This document shows positions 48,332-57,457 of a DNA stretch of 64,000 nt, piece after piece. The notes beneath the pieces are model-generated. The model did not search any database, was not told where the DNA came from, and saw only the letters and a list, made by a program, of their open reading frames with translations. Positions within the stretch are counted from its first letter, which is position 1; each line of letters opens with the position of its first letter. Origin of the DNA: an uncultured bacterium (GTDB lineage Bacteria > Hydrothermota > UBA3072); the NCBI GenBank assembly GCA_964534175.1, contig CAZHNS010000008.1, positions 8,779 to 72,778 on the forward strand, given 5' to 3'. A program made the translations under genes and the position numbers.

Positions 48332-50530
48332 ATGTTTTCAAAAGTCAAAAGAATTAATAATTCATTTGTTACATTGGTTTTCATAGTTTTTCTTTTATTG
48401 TTGATGCCTTTTAAGATGATGGCTGAAGACGGTTATAGATTGTGGCTCAGATATGATAGAATAGCTGACGGGAATAGTTTGAAGGAATATGGAGAAGATA
48501 TTAAAGCAATTCATTTTCCGGGAGATTCACCTACTCTAAAAGCTGCACGCGCGGAATTGACAGAGGGTGTTGCCGGTTTGCTTGGGATTCCGGTAAAATT
48601 TACGGATAAGCTTACCGAGAGCGGAACCCTGGTTGTAGGGACTCCGAAATCTTCGGGCGTTATTGCTTCTCTTTCTGTTACTAATAAACTAAAAAATCTT
48701 GGCAGGGAAGGATACATAATCCAAAATGCTGTTGTAAAGGGTAAAAATTGTGTTATAGTTTCTGCCAACACAGATGTTGGTATATTGTATGGAGTTTTTA
48801 ATTTTCTTAAAATTCTTCAAACCAATAAAAGTCTTGATAATCTTTCTATAAGCGAGAACCCCAAGGTCGAATACAGACTTTTAAACCATTGGGATAACCT
48901 CGACCGGACTTCTGAAAGAGGCTACGCAGGTTTTTCTATTTGGGATTGGCATAAACTTCCCGATTATGTTGACCCAAGATATAAGGATTACGCAAGAGCC
49001 AATGCGTCAATCGGAATTAACGGAACCGTTTTGACGAACGTTAATGCAAATGCTTTAGTTTTAACCCCGATGTATCTGGAAAAATTGGCCGCCCTGGCTG
49101 ATGTTTTTAGACCCTATGGAATACGGGTGTATCTTACTGCGCGTTTCAGTGCACCGATTCAAATTGGCGGACTCAAAACGGCAGACCCTCTAAACGAAAA
49201 GGTTAAAAAATGGTGGAAAGATAAAGTTGACGAAATCTATAAATACGTTCCTGATTTCGGAGGGTTTTTAGTTAAGGCGAATTCTGAAGGCCAGCCAGGA
49301 CCCCAGAATTATAACCGCAGCCACGCAGAAGGAGCCAATCTTCTTGCAGAAGCTCTCGCACCTCACGGAGGAATCGTTATGTGGAGAGCTTTTGTTTATA
49401 CCTACGATAAAAATGAAGACAGAGCAGAGCAGGCGTACAACGAGTTTGTACCTCTTGACGGAAAATTTAGAGATAACGTTTTAATACAGGCAAAAAACGG
49501 CCCCATAGATTTCCAACCACGTGAACCTTTCCATCCTCTTTTCGGCGCCATGAAAAAAACGCCTGTTATGGTAGAATTTCAAATAACACAGGAATATTTA
49601 GGTTGTGCCACTCATTTAGTTTATCTGGCAACTCTATACAAAGAATGTCTGGAATCCGATACTTATGCTAAAGGAAAAGGGTCGACTGTGGCCAAGGTAA
49701 TCGACGGTTCGCTTTTCGATTATCCGAACAGCGGGTTCGCCGGAGTTTCAAATGTCGGAACAGACAGAAACTGGACAGGGCATCATTTTGGCCAGGCAAA
49801 CTGGTATTGTTTCGGGCGTCTTGCCTGGAATCATGAGCTTTCTGCGGAGGAAATTGCGGAAGAATGGATACGGATGACTTTTTCAAACGATAAAGAGTTT
49901 GTAAATACTGTAAAAGAAATTATGATGGCTTCCAGGGATATAACTGTAAGTTATATGACTCCGCTAGGATTACATCATATAATGGCGGAGGGTCATCACT
50001 ACGGTCCGGGTCCGTGGGTGGCGGTTTCCGGCAGACCCGATTGGACTTCCGTTTATTATCATCAGGCAGATTCAAATGGAATCGGATTCGACCGCACAGA
50101 AACAGGTTCTAACGCTTTAGGGCAGTATTACCCTGAAGTAAGAAAGAAATTTTCTGACCCCAAAAAATGTCCGGATGAATATCTCCTCTGGTTTCATCAT
50201 TTGCCATGGGATTATAAAATGAAGTCCGGAAGGACTCTATGGGACGAACTTTGCTATAAATATTACAGCGGCGCCGATTCTGTAAAATGGATGATTGACG
50301 AATGGTCTTCTCTGTCAGGGAAAATCGACGATGAAAGATTTGGACATGTGTCGACATTCCTGAAAATTCAGGCAAAAGAAGCCGTCTGGTGGAGAAATGC
50401 GTGTCTGTTGTATTTTAAAGAATATTCAAATATGGCTATACCTTCACAATATGAAAAACCGGAGAAGACACTCGAATATTACAAAAATCTTAAATTCCCA
50501 TACGCTCCGGGGATTAGACCTTCATGGTAA
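48332..50530 (+). CDS. aguA: Alpha-glucuronidase, glycoside hydrolase family 67
   Basis: Signal peptide. EDGYRLWLRYDRI. NHWDNLDRTSERGYAGFSIWDW. TIM-barrel catalytic region with conserved acidic residues. Length of 732 aa is typical of GH67. Confidence 0.8.
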   Translation: MFSKVKRINNSFVTLVFIVFLLLLMPFKMMAEDGYRLWLRYDRIADGNSLKEYGEDIKAIHFPGDSPTLKAARAELTEGVAGLLGIPVKFTDKLTESGTLVVGTPKSSGVIASLSVTNKLKNLGREGYIIQNAVVKGKNCVIVSANTDVGILYGVFNFLKILQTNKSLDNLSISENPKVEYRLLNHWDNLDRTSERGYAGFSIWDWHKLPDYVDPRYKDYARANASIGINGTVLTNVNANALVLTPMYLEKLAALADVFRPYGIRVYLTARFSAPIQIGGLKTADPLNEKVKKWWKDKVDEIYKYVPDFGGFLVKANSEGQPGPQNYNRSHAEGANLLAEALAPHGGIVMWRAFVYTYDKNEDRAEQAYNEFVPLDGKFRDNVLIQAKNGPIDFQPREPFHPLFGAMKKTPVMVEFQITQEYLGCATHLVYLATLYKECLESDTYAKGKGSTVAKVIDGSLFDYPNSGFAGVSNVGTDRNWTGHHFGQANWYCFGRLAWNHELSAEEIAEEWIRMTFSNDKEFVNTVKEIMMASRDITVSYMTPLGLHHIMAEGHHYGPGPWVAVSGRPDWTSVYYHQADSNGIGFDRTETGSNALGQYYPEVRKKFSDPKKCPDEYLLWFHHLPWDYKMKSGRTLWDELCYKYYSGADSVKWMIDEWSSLSGKIDDERFGHVSTFLKIQAKEAVWWRNACLLYFKEYSNMAIPSQYEKPEKTLEYYKNLKFPYAPGIRPSW

Positions 50531-50689
50531 TGTAGCATTAAGATATATATTGATTCTATATTAATAAATAGGACAAAAAAGAATGATATTAGAACTTTTT
50601 TGTCCTATTTTGAGTTGTCCGTGAGAAGTAGATTTTTTTTGCGCAGACTTCCCCTTGGTGACTTTGCAATTAATATCTCAAGGAGTTAT

Positions 50690-51340
50690 TTATAGATCGA
50701 GTATTTCTGAGTATATAACGGCGTAAATATATCCGTTTGACCTTGTCCGAAATTCAACTTCTCCATGCCCGATTTCGTTATTAAATTCGAACTCGTAAGC
50801 CATAATTGTTGAAGTGCCGGTTAGATCGACGGCTACGGTATCATTCAATGGGTCTTGAAATACAGCAATGAATTCATCTTCTTCAATTTCGACGATATCG
50901 GCGGTATAATCGATATGCCCGGTCGTCAAATCAATAAAATGAACCATGTATGTATTTTCGTTAACGTATTTTTCGTGTTCCACAACAATTCCTTTCATGC
51001 CGACTGCATATGCTCTTGATCCTCCCGTGATCGGGTAGATGTAATGGACCCCTCCGGATTCCCATAACTCTAAAGAATAACCATTTTCATCATAGAGAGT
51101 TATATTTTCGTTGGGCGGTACTGTTTTTATTTCTTCGTCTTCCCCGGATGCCTTTCTAAAAATGATAATGAGTAAACCGCTGGAGTCTTCAGCGACGTCC
51201 AGATTGTCACCATTGAAGTAGTATATCTCATAATCGGATATATCCGGCCCAGTAGAACCACTGCAGAAGGTTAGCAGAAGGGATAATAAGAGGAGTGCTA
51301 CCCACAGTTTGCCGACTAAAAAGTAGCAATTTTTTCTCAT
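50690..51340 (-). CDS. Hypothetical lipoprotein, paralog B
   Basis: Same RBS, ATG and lipoprotein signal as paralog A. N-terminal ~150 aa are identical. The C-terminal ~70 aa diverge (IVEIEEDEFIAVFQDPLNDTVAVDLTGTS... versus IVADSGDVFFAIFRDPVNDTVAVEVNNYF...). Confidence 0.65.
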   Translation of the reverse strand: MRKNCYFLVGKLWVALLLLSLLLTFCSGSTGPDISDYEIYYFNGDNLDVAEDSSGLLIIIFRKASGEDEEIKTVPPNENITLYDENGYSLELWESGGVHYIYPITGGSRAYAVGMKGIVVEHEKYVNENTYMVHFIDLTTGHIDYTADIVEIEEDEFIAVFQDPLNDTVAVDLTGTSTIMAYEFEFNNEIGHGEVEFRTRSNGYIYAVIYSEILDL

Positions 51341-51399
51341 TTTTGCCTCCTTTTGTTTGGTATTAAAATTTAATTGTTTTTTTATATTAGTCAAGATTG
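50934..51399. repeat. ~466-bp near-perfect direct repeat, copy 2
   Basis: Co-linear with 47753-48218 at a constant offset of 3181 bp. Flanks aguA on the other side. Confidence 0.85.
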
Positions 51400-51546
51400 G
51401 GATAAGTGAGTGAATGGGTTTATGGAGCCTATCTGTTTAACTTAATGTTAAAAATTTAATTTGGCTTGCCAATAATGTTTTTTTGTATATGTTATGTAGG
51501 TTTTAAGAGATAAAATGGATAAGATAAAGCTTAAAAGTGAAGTTTT

Positions 51547-52152
51547 TTGATGTTTACAAATATGATTTTACAAATAATTGGTAATACCGCTGGCACCAAT
51601 AACCTTATTGCTCAGGGTATTGGGATGGTTGGGCTTATATTTGCTATTATTTCCTTTCAAAATAATAAGCGTAATCTTATTCTTCTCTTTCTGGGTATGG
51701 CACAGATGTGTTTTATTATTCATTTTGCGCTTTTAGAGGTATGGACTGCCTCCGCGATGAATATTGTAGGTGCCACCCGTACTTTCTTTTTTATGCTAAG
51801 GGGAAGAAAAAAATGGATGGACAGCGATTTAGTAATGTATCTTTTTATCAGTCTGTTTTTAATAGCGGGTATTTTATCCTGGCAAAATTGGCTCAGTCTT
51901 TTACCTATCATGGCAATGGTTATCGAGACAATTGGTGTATGGCAGAGGGATCCCAGGAAAATACGTTTTATTGTCATGATACCACGTCCTATGTGGATTA
52001 CATTTAATGCTATCCATCGCTCTTATGCGGGTGTTTTAACAGAGCTTTTTGTGATTACTTCTCTTATTGCAGGGATTGTTCGCTTCGACATCCTGCCCTG
52101 GGTTAAAAAGAGAAACGGCGCAAAGAAACGAAGTGAGAATTCTTTAGAGTAA
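51547..52152 (+). CDS. YgjV-family inner-membrane protein
   Basis: Four to five TM helices. The composition and C-terminal VRFDILPWVKKRNG resemble the YgjV/Imp family. Confidence 0.5.
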   Translation: MMFTNMILQIIGNTAGTNNLIAQGIGMVGLIFAIISFQNNKRNLILLFLGMAQMCFIIHFALLEVWTASAMNIVGATRTFFFMLRGRKKWMDSDLVMYLFISLFLIAGILSWQNWLSLLPIMAMVIETIGVWQRDPRKIRFIVMIPRPMWITFNAIHRSYAGVLTELFVITSLIAGIVRFDILPWVKKRNGAKKRSENSLE

Positions 52153-52352
52153 TACAACTTAACCTAAATCTTTGCGCAAAGGACTATTTCTATTGACATT
52201 TTTTTAGTAGCGATTATTTTTCTTGCGATGTCTTGTTACTGGTTTTTTTCTTATAAGCTATACGGGAAAGATACAATCAGTTCGTCGTGCTCGAAGTATC
52301 CAGTAAATGTTAAATCAAAAATTAAATGGTAAAAATCAGAGGGAGGAATTAT

Positions 52353-53432
52353 ATGAAGTATCTAATTCGTTTGCTAATAATTGTTTTGATTTTCTTATTT
52401 GTAATATCAGGTGTCTATGCAGAAGAAAAAAAAGAGATAAAAGTGGGAGATTATTGGTGGAATCAACCTCCTCCGGTAAAGCCAATCGAGAATCCGCATA
52501 AAAAAGACCTTCCTCTTATAAAGGTAAAAGAAAATGAATTTGTTAATCCCGGGGGTGAGACAGTTGTATTCCGCGGATTGGCGCCTGCTGACGCTGATAA
52601 GCTAGAAAGGCAAGGATACTGGAATAAAAAGTTTTTTGAAGAAATGAAGAAAATGGGTTCGAATATAATTCGTCTTCCGGTTCATCCTATTGCGTGGAGA
52701 GAACGTACTCCAGAGGTTTATTTGAGACTGCTCGATGATGCGGTTCGGTGGTGTACAGAACTTAAAATGTATGTGATAATAGATTGGCATAGTATAGGCA
52801 ATCTTGAGATGGAACTTTTTCAGGATCCGAATTATAATACCACTAAAAAGGAAACCTATGAGTTCTGGAAGACTATCGCTAATCATTTTAAAGGAAACAA
52901 CACAGTTGCTTTTTATGAGATATTCAACGAGCCCACTCACTATTTTGGTGCTCTGGGCAGTATGAGCTGGAGTGAGTGGAAAAAAATAAATGAAGATATA
53001 ATTGGTTTAATCCGTGCGTATGATAAGGAAACTATTCCTCTGGTGGCAGGATTTGACTGGGCATATGATTTGAATAACGTTCGGTACGAACCTATTAATG
53101 CAAAGGGAATTGGTTATACTGCCCATCCATATCCGTATAAAAGAAAAAAACCATGGGAACCTAAATGGGATGAAAATTTCGGATTTGCTAAGGAGCAGTA
53201 TCCCGTTGTGGTGACAGAGTTTGGATTCAGTTTTGAGGAAATAAAAAAGGGTGAAAATAAAGGATACGGAGAGGCTATAGTTAAGTATCTTGAAGAAAGG
53301 GGGATTAGCTGGATTGCCTGGATTTTTGACGCCGATTGGCACCCTCAAATGCTTAAATCGTGGGAAGGCTATGAGCTTACAGGAAGCGGGGAGTTTTTTA
53401 AAAAGGCATTGCATGGAAAGGTCGGAAAATAA
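52353..53432 (+). CDS. Glycoside hydrolase family 5 endoglucanase (cellulase-like), secreted
   Basis: The ORF track start is 52326; GAGGGAGG precedes ATG at 52353 (MKYLIRLLIIVLIFLFVISGVYA signal). Catalytic acid/base in VAFYEIFNEPT. Nucleophile in VVVTEFGFS. IIRLPVHPIAW, YVIIDWHS. Confidence 0.85.
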   Translation: MKYLIRLLIIVLIFLFVISGVYAEEKKEIKVGDYWWNQPPPVKPIENPHKKDLPLIKVKENEFVNPGGETVVFRGLAPADADKLERQGYWNKKFFEEMKKMGSNIIRLPVHPIAWRERTPEVYLRLLDDAVRWCTELKMYVIIDWHSIGNLEMELFQDPNYNTTKKETYEFWKTIANHFKGNNTVAFYEIFNEPTHYFGALGSMSWSEWKKINEDIIGLIRAYDKETIPLVAGFDWAYDLNNVRYEPINAKGIGYTAHPYPYKRKKPWEPKWDENFGFAKEQYPVVVTEFGFSFEEIKKGENKGYGEAIVKYLEERGISWIAWIFDADWHPQMLKSWEGYELTGSGEFFKKALHGKVGK

Positions 53433-53467
53433 TAATAAGAAAGTTGGTGTAAAAAAAGGAGTAATAG

Positions 53468-53911
53468 ATGTTAAAAGAATTTAAAGAATTTGCTATGCGC
53501 GGAAACATGGTTGACATGGCAGTTGGTATTATAATAGGTGGCGCTTTTGGCACAATTGTCAAGTCTCTTGTGTCTGATGTAATAATGCCTCCGATAGGGT
53601 TGTTGTTGGGTAAAGTTGATTTTTCTAACCTCTTTATTGTGCTTAGGGGGAGAGATGCTTCATATGCTACACTCGCCGAAGCTCAGGCTGCAGGGGCTGT
53701 CACATTAAATTATGGCGCCTTTATTAATACAATAATAAGTTTTATTATTGTTGCTTTTGCGGTATTTCTAGTAATAAAGAATATTAATCGCTTGAAAAGG
53801 GAAGAGCCGGCGCCCGAACCAACAACAAAAGAATGTCCTTATTGTCTTTCCGCTATACCTTTAGATGCTACGCGCTGTCCGTTTTGCACTTCGTCTTTAA
53901 AAAGCGAATGA
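53468..53911 (+). CDS. mscL: Large-conductance mechanosensitive channel MscL with an atypical C-terminal zinc-ribbon-like tail
   Basis: [48 protein letters not shown] is a near-canonical MscL TM1. TM2 plus KREEP linker. Then [20 protein letters not shown] in place of the usual C-terminal helical bundle. Confidence 0.85.
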   Translation: MLKEFKEFAMRGNMVDMAVGIIIGGAFGTIVKSLVSDVIMPPIGLLLGKVDFSNLFIVLRGRDASYATLAEAQAAGAVTLNYGAFINTIISFIIVAFAVFLVIKNINRLKREEPAPEPTTKECPYCLSAIPLDATRCPFCTSSLKSE

Positions 53912-54103
53912 TCTTTGTAGATACAATATAAAAATTTAAGGTGTTTTATTAAGAAAGTAGACATAAGGTTTATTTTAATAACTTAATTCTTTACAGCATC
54001 AAGAAAGCCAGAATTATGCACTTGACTTTTCGAAAAAGTTTTTTATTATAATATAAGATTGGAACAATTGCATATTTGAAACGATTACAGAAAAGGAGGT
54101 AGT

Positions 54104-54973
54104 ATGGAGAAAAATTATCCTTTGGGTGGAGGTGTTTTAAAGTGGGCTGAAGGTGGATGGCTTGAGGAAAATTTAGGTGGGGAATTTTCTATTGTAGATG
54201 TTCAGCCTAATATACACGATTATATTCTTGAGCACATTCCAGGTGCTGTCTATTTTAATCCTGACTTATTGAGGGTTCCATATAAAGGTAGGCCCGGTGC
54301 TTACATGCCGGAGAGGGCTGTAGAGTTGCTTTTCAGAAGGGTGGGACTTTCAAATGATTTTCCTGTGGTGGTTTATACTGGTGTTGGTGGTTTTAAGGGT
54401 TGGGGTGATGGTCTTGAACAAACGATGGTCGCCTATTCACTTATTAGGTTTGGGCATAACAAAGTTTATGTTCTGGATGGCGGTCTTAATGATTGGAAAA
54501 AGAAAGGGAGAAAACTTACAAAAGATTTTCCGGTTATAGAAGAATCTGACTTTGAAGTGAAATTAAGGACAGATTACTGGCTTGAATATGAGGATTTTAA
54601 GAAAATTAAGGATGGGGTAGGTGTAGTTCTGCTCGATGCAAGACCGGCAAATGTTTATGAGGGTCAGGGTCCCTGGATTAAGCCCGGGCACATACCCGGA
54701 GCGATAAATCTACCCTGGAAGAGTTTAATGGCCGAAGAGAATTCGACTCTTTTAAAAGACGAAGATGAAATTAGGGATATTTTGGATAAAAAAGGTATAG
54801 ATTCGGATAAAACCATAATATGTTCATGCGGTACGGGAAGAGAGGCAACCAATGAGTTCATTATGTTTAAGTTTCTTCTTGGCTACCCAAAAGTAAAGAT
54901 ATATGAAGGTTCTTTTACAGAATGGTCCTCTTACCCTGATAACCCTACAGTAACCGGAGAAAATCCACGTTAA
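54104..54973 (+). CDS. Tandem-rhodanese sulfurtransferase (thiosulfate/3-mercaptopyruvate sulfurtransferase-like)
   Basis: Two rhodanese domains. Active-site loop [10 protein letters not shown] (C-x2-G-x2-R) in the C-terminal domain. Confidence 0.8.
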   Translation: MEKNYPLGGGVLKWAEGGWLEENLGGEFSIVDVQPNIHDYILEHIPGAVYFNPDLLRVPYKGRPGAYMPERAVELLFRRVGLSNDFPVVVYTGVGGFKGWGDGLEQTMVAYSLIRFGHNKVYVLDGGLNDWKKKGRKLTKDFPVIEESDFEVKLRTDYWLEYEDFKKIKDGVGVVLLDARPANVYEGQGPWIKPGHIPGAINLPWKSLMAEENSTLLKDEDEIRDILDKKGIDSDKTIICSCGTGREATNEFIMFKFLLGYPKVKIYEGSFTEWSSYPDNPTVTGENPR

Positions 54974-54990
54974 AAAAGGAGGTTTTTTTA

Positions 54991-55173
54991 ATGGAAGAAA
55001 ACATTGTTGAAAGGAAGGAAAATTCGAAAGAAAAGGTTCTTGCAATCGGAGCAGAGGTGTATTCAAGGGTTGTAGGTTATTACCGTCCTGTTAAAAACTG
55101 GAATGACGGAAAAAGGGAAGAATTCAAGGATAGAAATTATCTGTCTCACAACTCTGAAGAGGTTGCCGCGTAG
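54991..55173 (+). CDS. 60-aa protein resembling the C-terminal glycyl-radical segment of anaerobic ribonucleotide reductase NrdD (stand-alone minigene)
   Basis: Strong RBS AGGAGG, 17 nt after the upstream stop. SRVVGYYRPVKNWNDGKREEFKDR matches the NrdD-type R-V-x-G-Y ... N-x-G-K-x-x-E-x-x-x-R radical-glycine loop region. No nrdD or nrdG in the window. Confidence 0.4.
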   Translation: MEENIVERKENSKEKVLAIGAEVYSRVVGYYRPVKNWNDGKREEFKDRNYLSHNSEEVAA

Positions 55174-55200
55174 TTTATAGTTTAATAAGAGGAGAAAAAT

Positions 55201-56562
55201 TTGCTTTTCGAGAAAGTTGAATCGGAAGGTTTAGCGCATCGTTCTTACATTTTCGGTCATAATAAAGAAGCGTTTGTAATCGATCCCAGAAGAGATGTTG
55301 ATATCTATCTTTATCTGGTTTCCCGCAGGGGTTACAAGATTAAATATATTTTTGAAACTCATCGTAACGAAGACTATGTTGTGGGTTCGAAAGAACTTGC
55401 TGATAAAACGGGCGCGGAGATTTTTCATGCGGATACGGGGTTGGACTATAAATACGGTCATGAAGTAAACGATGGCCAGAAGTGGAAAATAGGTTCTTAC
55501 GAAGTCGAAGCGATTTATTCCCCGGGTCACACTAAAGGCAGTATGAGTTATCTTCTTTTCGACGTTAGCCGCTCTCCCTGGATTCTTTTCTCCGGGGATA
55601 CTCTTTTCGCTGGTGATGTCGGGAGAGTTGATTTACTTGGTAAGGATAAGATGGCGGAAATGGCAGAAATGCTTTACGATACGATTTTCCACAAGTTTTT
55701 TTCTCTCGGTGATGGAGTTATTGTTTGTCCGGCTCACGGTCCCGGTTCGGTATGCGGAGGAGAAATCGCGGATAGACCCTGGACCACTATTGGACTCGAG
55801 AAAGAATTGAATCCTAAGCTTAAGTTTACTGAAAAGAAAGAATTCATTAAGAATGTATCAAAAGAATTGGCAAGGCCTTATTATTTTGGACAGATGGAAA
55901 AGTTGAATATGGAAGGTGCTCCGGTGCTCGGTTCTCTGCCGGTACCTGTTCCTCTTTCTCCGCATGAATTTTCGATGAAAAAGGATGATGCGGTTGTTCT
56001 AGACTCCAGAATGGAAACGGATTTTGCCGGTTCCCATATTCCCGGTTCTATTTCTATATGGGAAGGGGGAATTCCTAATTTCGCAGGCTGGTTTTTACCT
56101 TATGATAAGCAGCTGCTTCTTGTTAATAAAAGTGATGACCCTCTTTCAGTTGTAAAATTGTTGATAAGGATAGGTTATGATAATATTGTAGGTTATCTCT
56201 CCGGCGGAATGCTTAGCTGGAATACCTCTGGTATGGAAAGTGTGTCGATAGAAACGATTAAAGTTCAGGATTTATGCCGTCTTCTGGATAAGGGCGAGGA
56301 AATACTGATTCTCGATGTCAGGAGTGAGGAAGAAATAAAGGCGAAGGGAAAAATACCCGATGCTTTAAATATACCCGTTACTCAGCTTTACGAGAAGATG
56401 GCTGAGGTACCTAAAGACAAACCCGTTTGCGTTTTTTGCGGAAGCGGTCTTCGCTCTATGATGGCTGCAAGTCTTCTTAGAAAAGAAGGATGGAATAATC
56501 TAAAGGTAGCCTTGGGTGGTCTTGCCGGGTGGAATTCAACCACCTGTCCGGTTGATTTGTAA
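55201..56562 (+). CDS. MBL-fold + two rhodanese domain fusion (CstB/persulfide-dioxygenase-sulfurtransferase-like architecture) with degenerate metal-binding motif
   Basis: TTG start with AGGAG RBS. MBL region has ETHRNEDYVVG where THxHxDH is expected (second and fourth His replaced). Later SPGHTKG, GDTLFAGDVGR, CPAHG. C-terminal rhodanese with CVFCGSGLRS active-site loop. Confidence 0.6.
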   Translation: MLFEKVESEGLAHRSYIFGHNKEAFVIDPRRDVDIYLYLVSRRGYKIKYIFETHRNEDYVVGSKELADKTGAEIFHADTGLDYKYGHEVNDGQKWKIGSYEVEAIYSPGHTKGSMSYLLFDVSRSPWILFSGDTLFAGDVGRVDLLGKDKMAEMAEMLYDTIFHKFFSLGDGVIVCPAHGPGSVCGGEIADRPWTTIGLEKELNPKLKFTEKKEFIKNVSKELARPYYFGQMEKLNMEGAPVLGSLPVPVPLSPHEFSMKKDDAVVLDSRMETDFAGSHIPGSISIWEGGIPNFAGWFLPYDKQLLLVNKSDDPLSVVKLLIRIGYDNIVGYLSGGMLSWNTSGMESVSIETIKVQDLCRLLDKGEEILILDVRSEEEIKAKGKIPDALNIPVTQLYEKMAEVPKDKPVCVFCGSGLRSMMAASLLRKEGWNNLKVALGGLAGWNSTTCPVDL

Positions 56563-56762
56563 GTTAAATTTTATTCTAAAATACACTCTAGGGGTTCTGT
56601 AAATCATATTTTATTCGAACTTATTTTTAAAATGGATAGTTATTTACCTTGTTGACAAATTAAATAATATATTTAAAATTTAATAAGAATATGTAAAGGA
56701 ATCATGTTGTTGGTCCCTTTAGCAGAAAGGTACATTATTTAAAATAAGAAGGGGAGATATTT

Positions 56763-57179
56763 ATGAGGAATAAATCAATAATATTTTTAACACTTATTAT
56801 CTTATTCCTTTCGGCATGTGGAACAAAGTACGAGGTGGATAATTCGACTGCGGAAGATTGGAGAACCAATGTGGCGCTCTGGCATGCATATCGTAATAAA
56901 CTAATATTTACAGCTATTGAAACGACTTCCCCGGAGGGAAAAAAAGAGATGAAGTTGGTTGCTTCTAATAGAAATGTACTGGTTTCAATTTTTCAGAGAC
57001 TTGAACTCGACGGTGTTCCTTCTATGAATGAGAGTAGAAAAAATATTCTAAGGATGATACAGCAATCACCCGGAGGAGAGAAGGTTAATATATCGGGGAA
57101 CCTTTCTAGCGCTATTTCTAATTTCTGGGATAAGGTACTTAAATACGCGGAAAAACACGGAGTTAGTCCGGAAAGGTAA
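56763..57179 (+). CDS. Hypothetical lipoprotein
   Basis: Lipobox MRNKSIIFLTLIILFLSACG. No recognisable domain. Confidence 0.55.
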   Translation: MRNKSIIFLTLIILFLSACGTKYEVDNSTAEDWRTNVALWHAYRNKLIFTAIETTSPEGKKEMKLVASNRNVLVSIFQRLELDGVPSMNESRKNILRMIQQSPGGEKVNISGNLSSAISNFWDKVLKYAEKHGVSPER

Positions 57180-57235
57180 GATAAGTTTTTTTCATTAAGA
57201 ACTCTTTATCATACTAAAAATATTATTGGAATAGC

Positions 57236-57457
57236 TTAGAAGAGTGTATAAATAAAAGGTGCTATTGCTGAGCCTTCCGTAAATACTATCAAAGTTCCCA
57301 GTAACAAAAGAAAGAAGGCAATTACGGCAAGAAGCCATTTTTTACGGGCGCGTAGGAACTCCCAGAACTCAATCACTATAGACATTTTAGACATAAAATA
57401 ACCATCCTCTGCTATTATTATATTTGATATAAATACGCTAAAAAGGCCTCTTGTCAA
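57236..57457 (-). CDS. Small membrane protein of the DUF5989/SxtK-like type that accompanies carbamoyltransferases
   Basis: EFWEFLRARKKWLLAVIAFFLLLLGTLIVFTEGSAIAPFIYTLF, a short tail-anchored helix. The true start may be an internal Met (MSKMSIV...). 4-nt overlap with the carbamoyltransferase gene. Confidence 0.5.
   Translation of the reverse strand: MTRGLFSVFISNIIIAEDGYFMSKMSIVIEFWEFLRARKKWLLAVIAFFLLLLGTLIVFTEGSAIAPFIYTLF

Noticed and set aside
47753-51399. Direct repeats flanking aguA as an IS element or composite transposon
   Set aside because: The repeats encode the 5' half of lipoprotein genes. There is no transposase, no terminal inverted repeats and no target-site duplication. They were interpreted as gene duplication or conversion.
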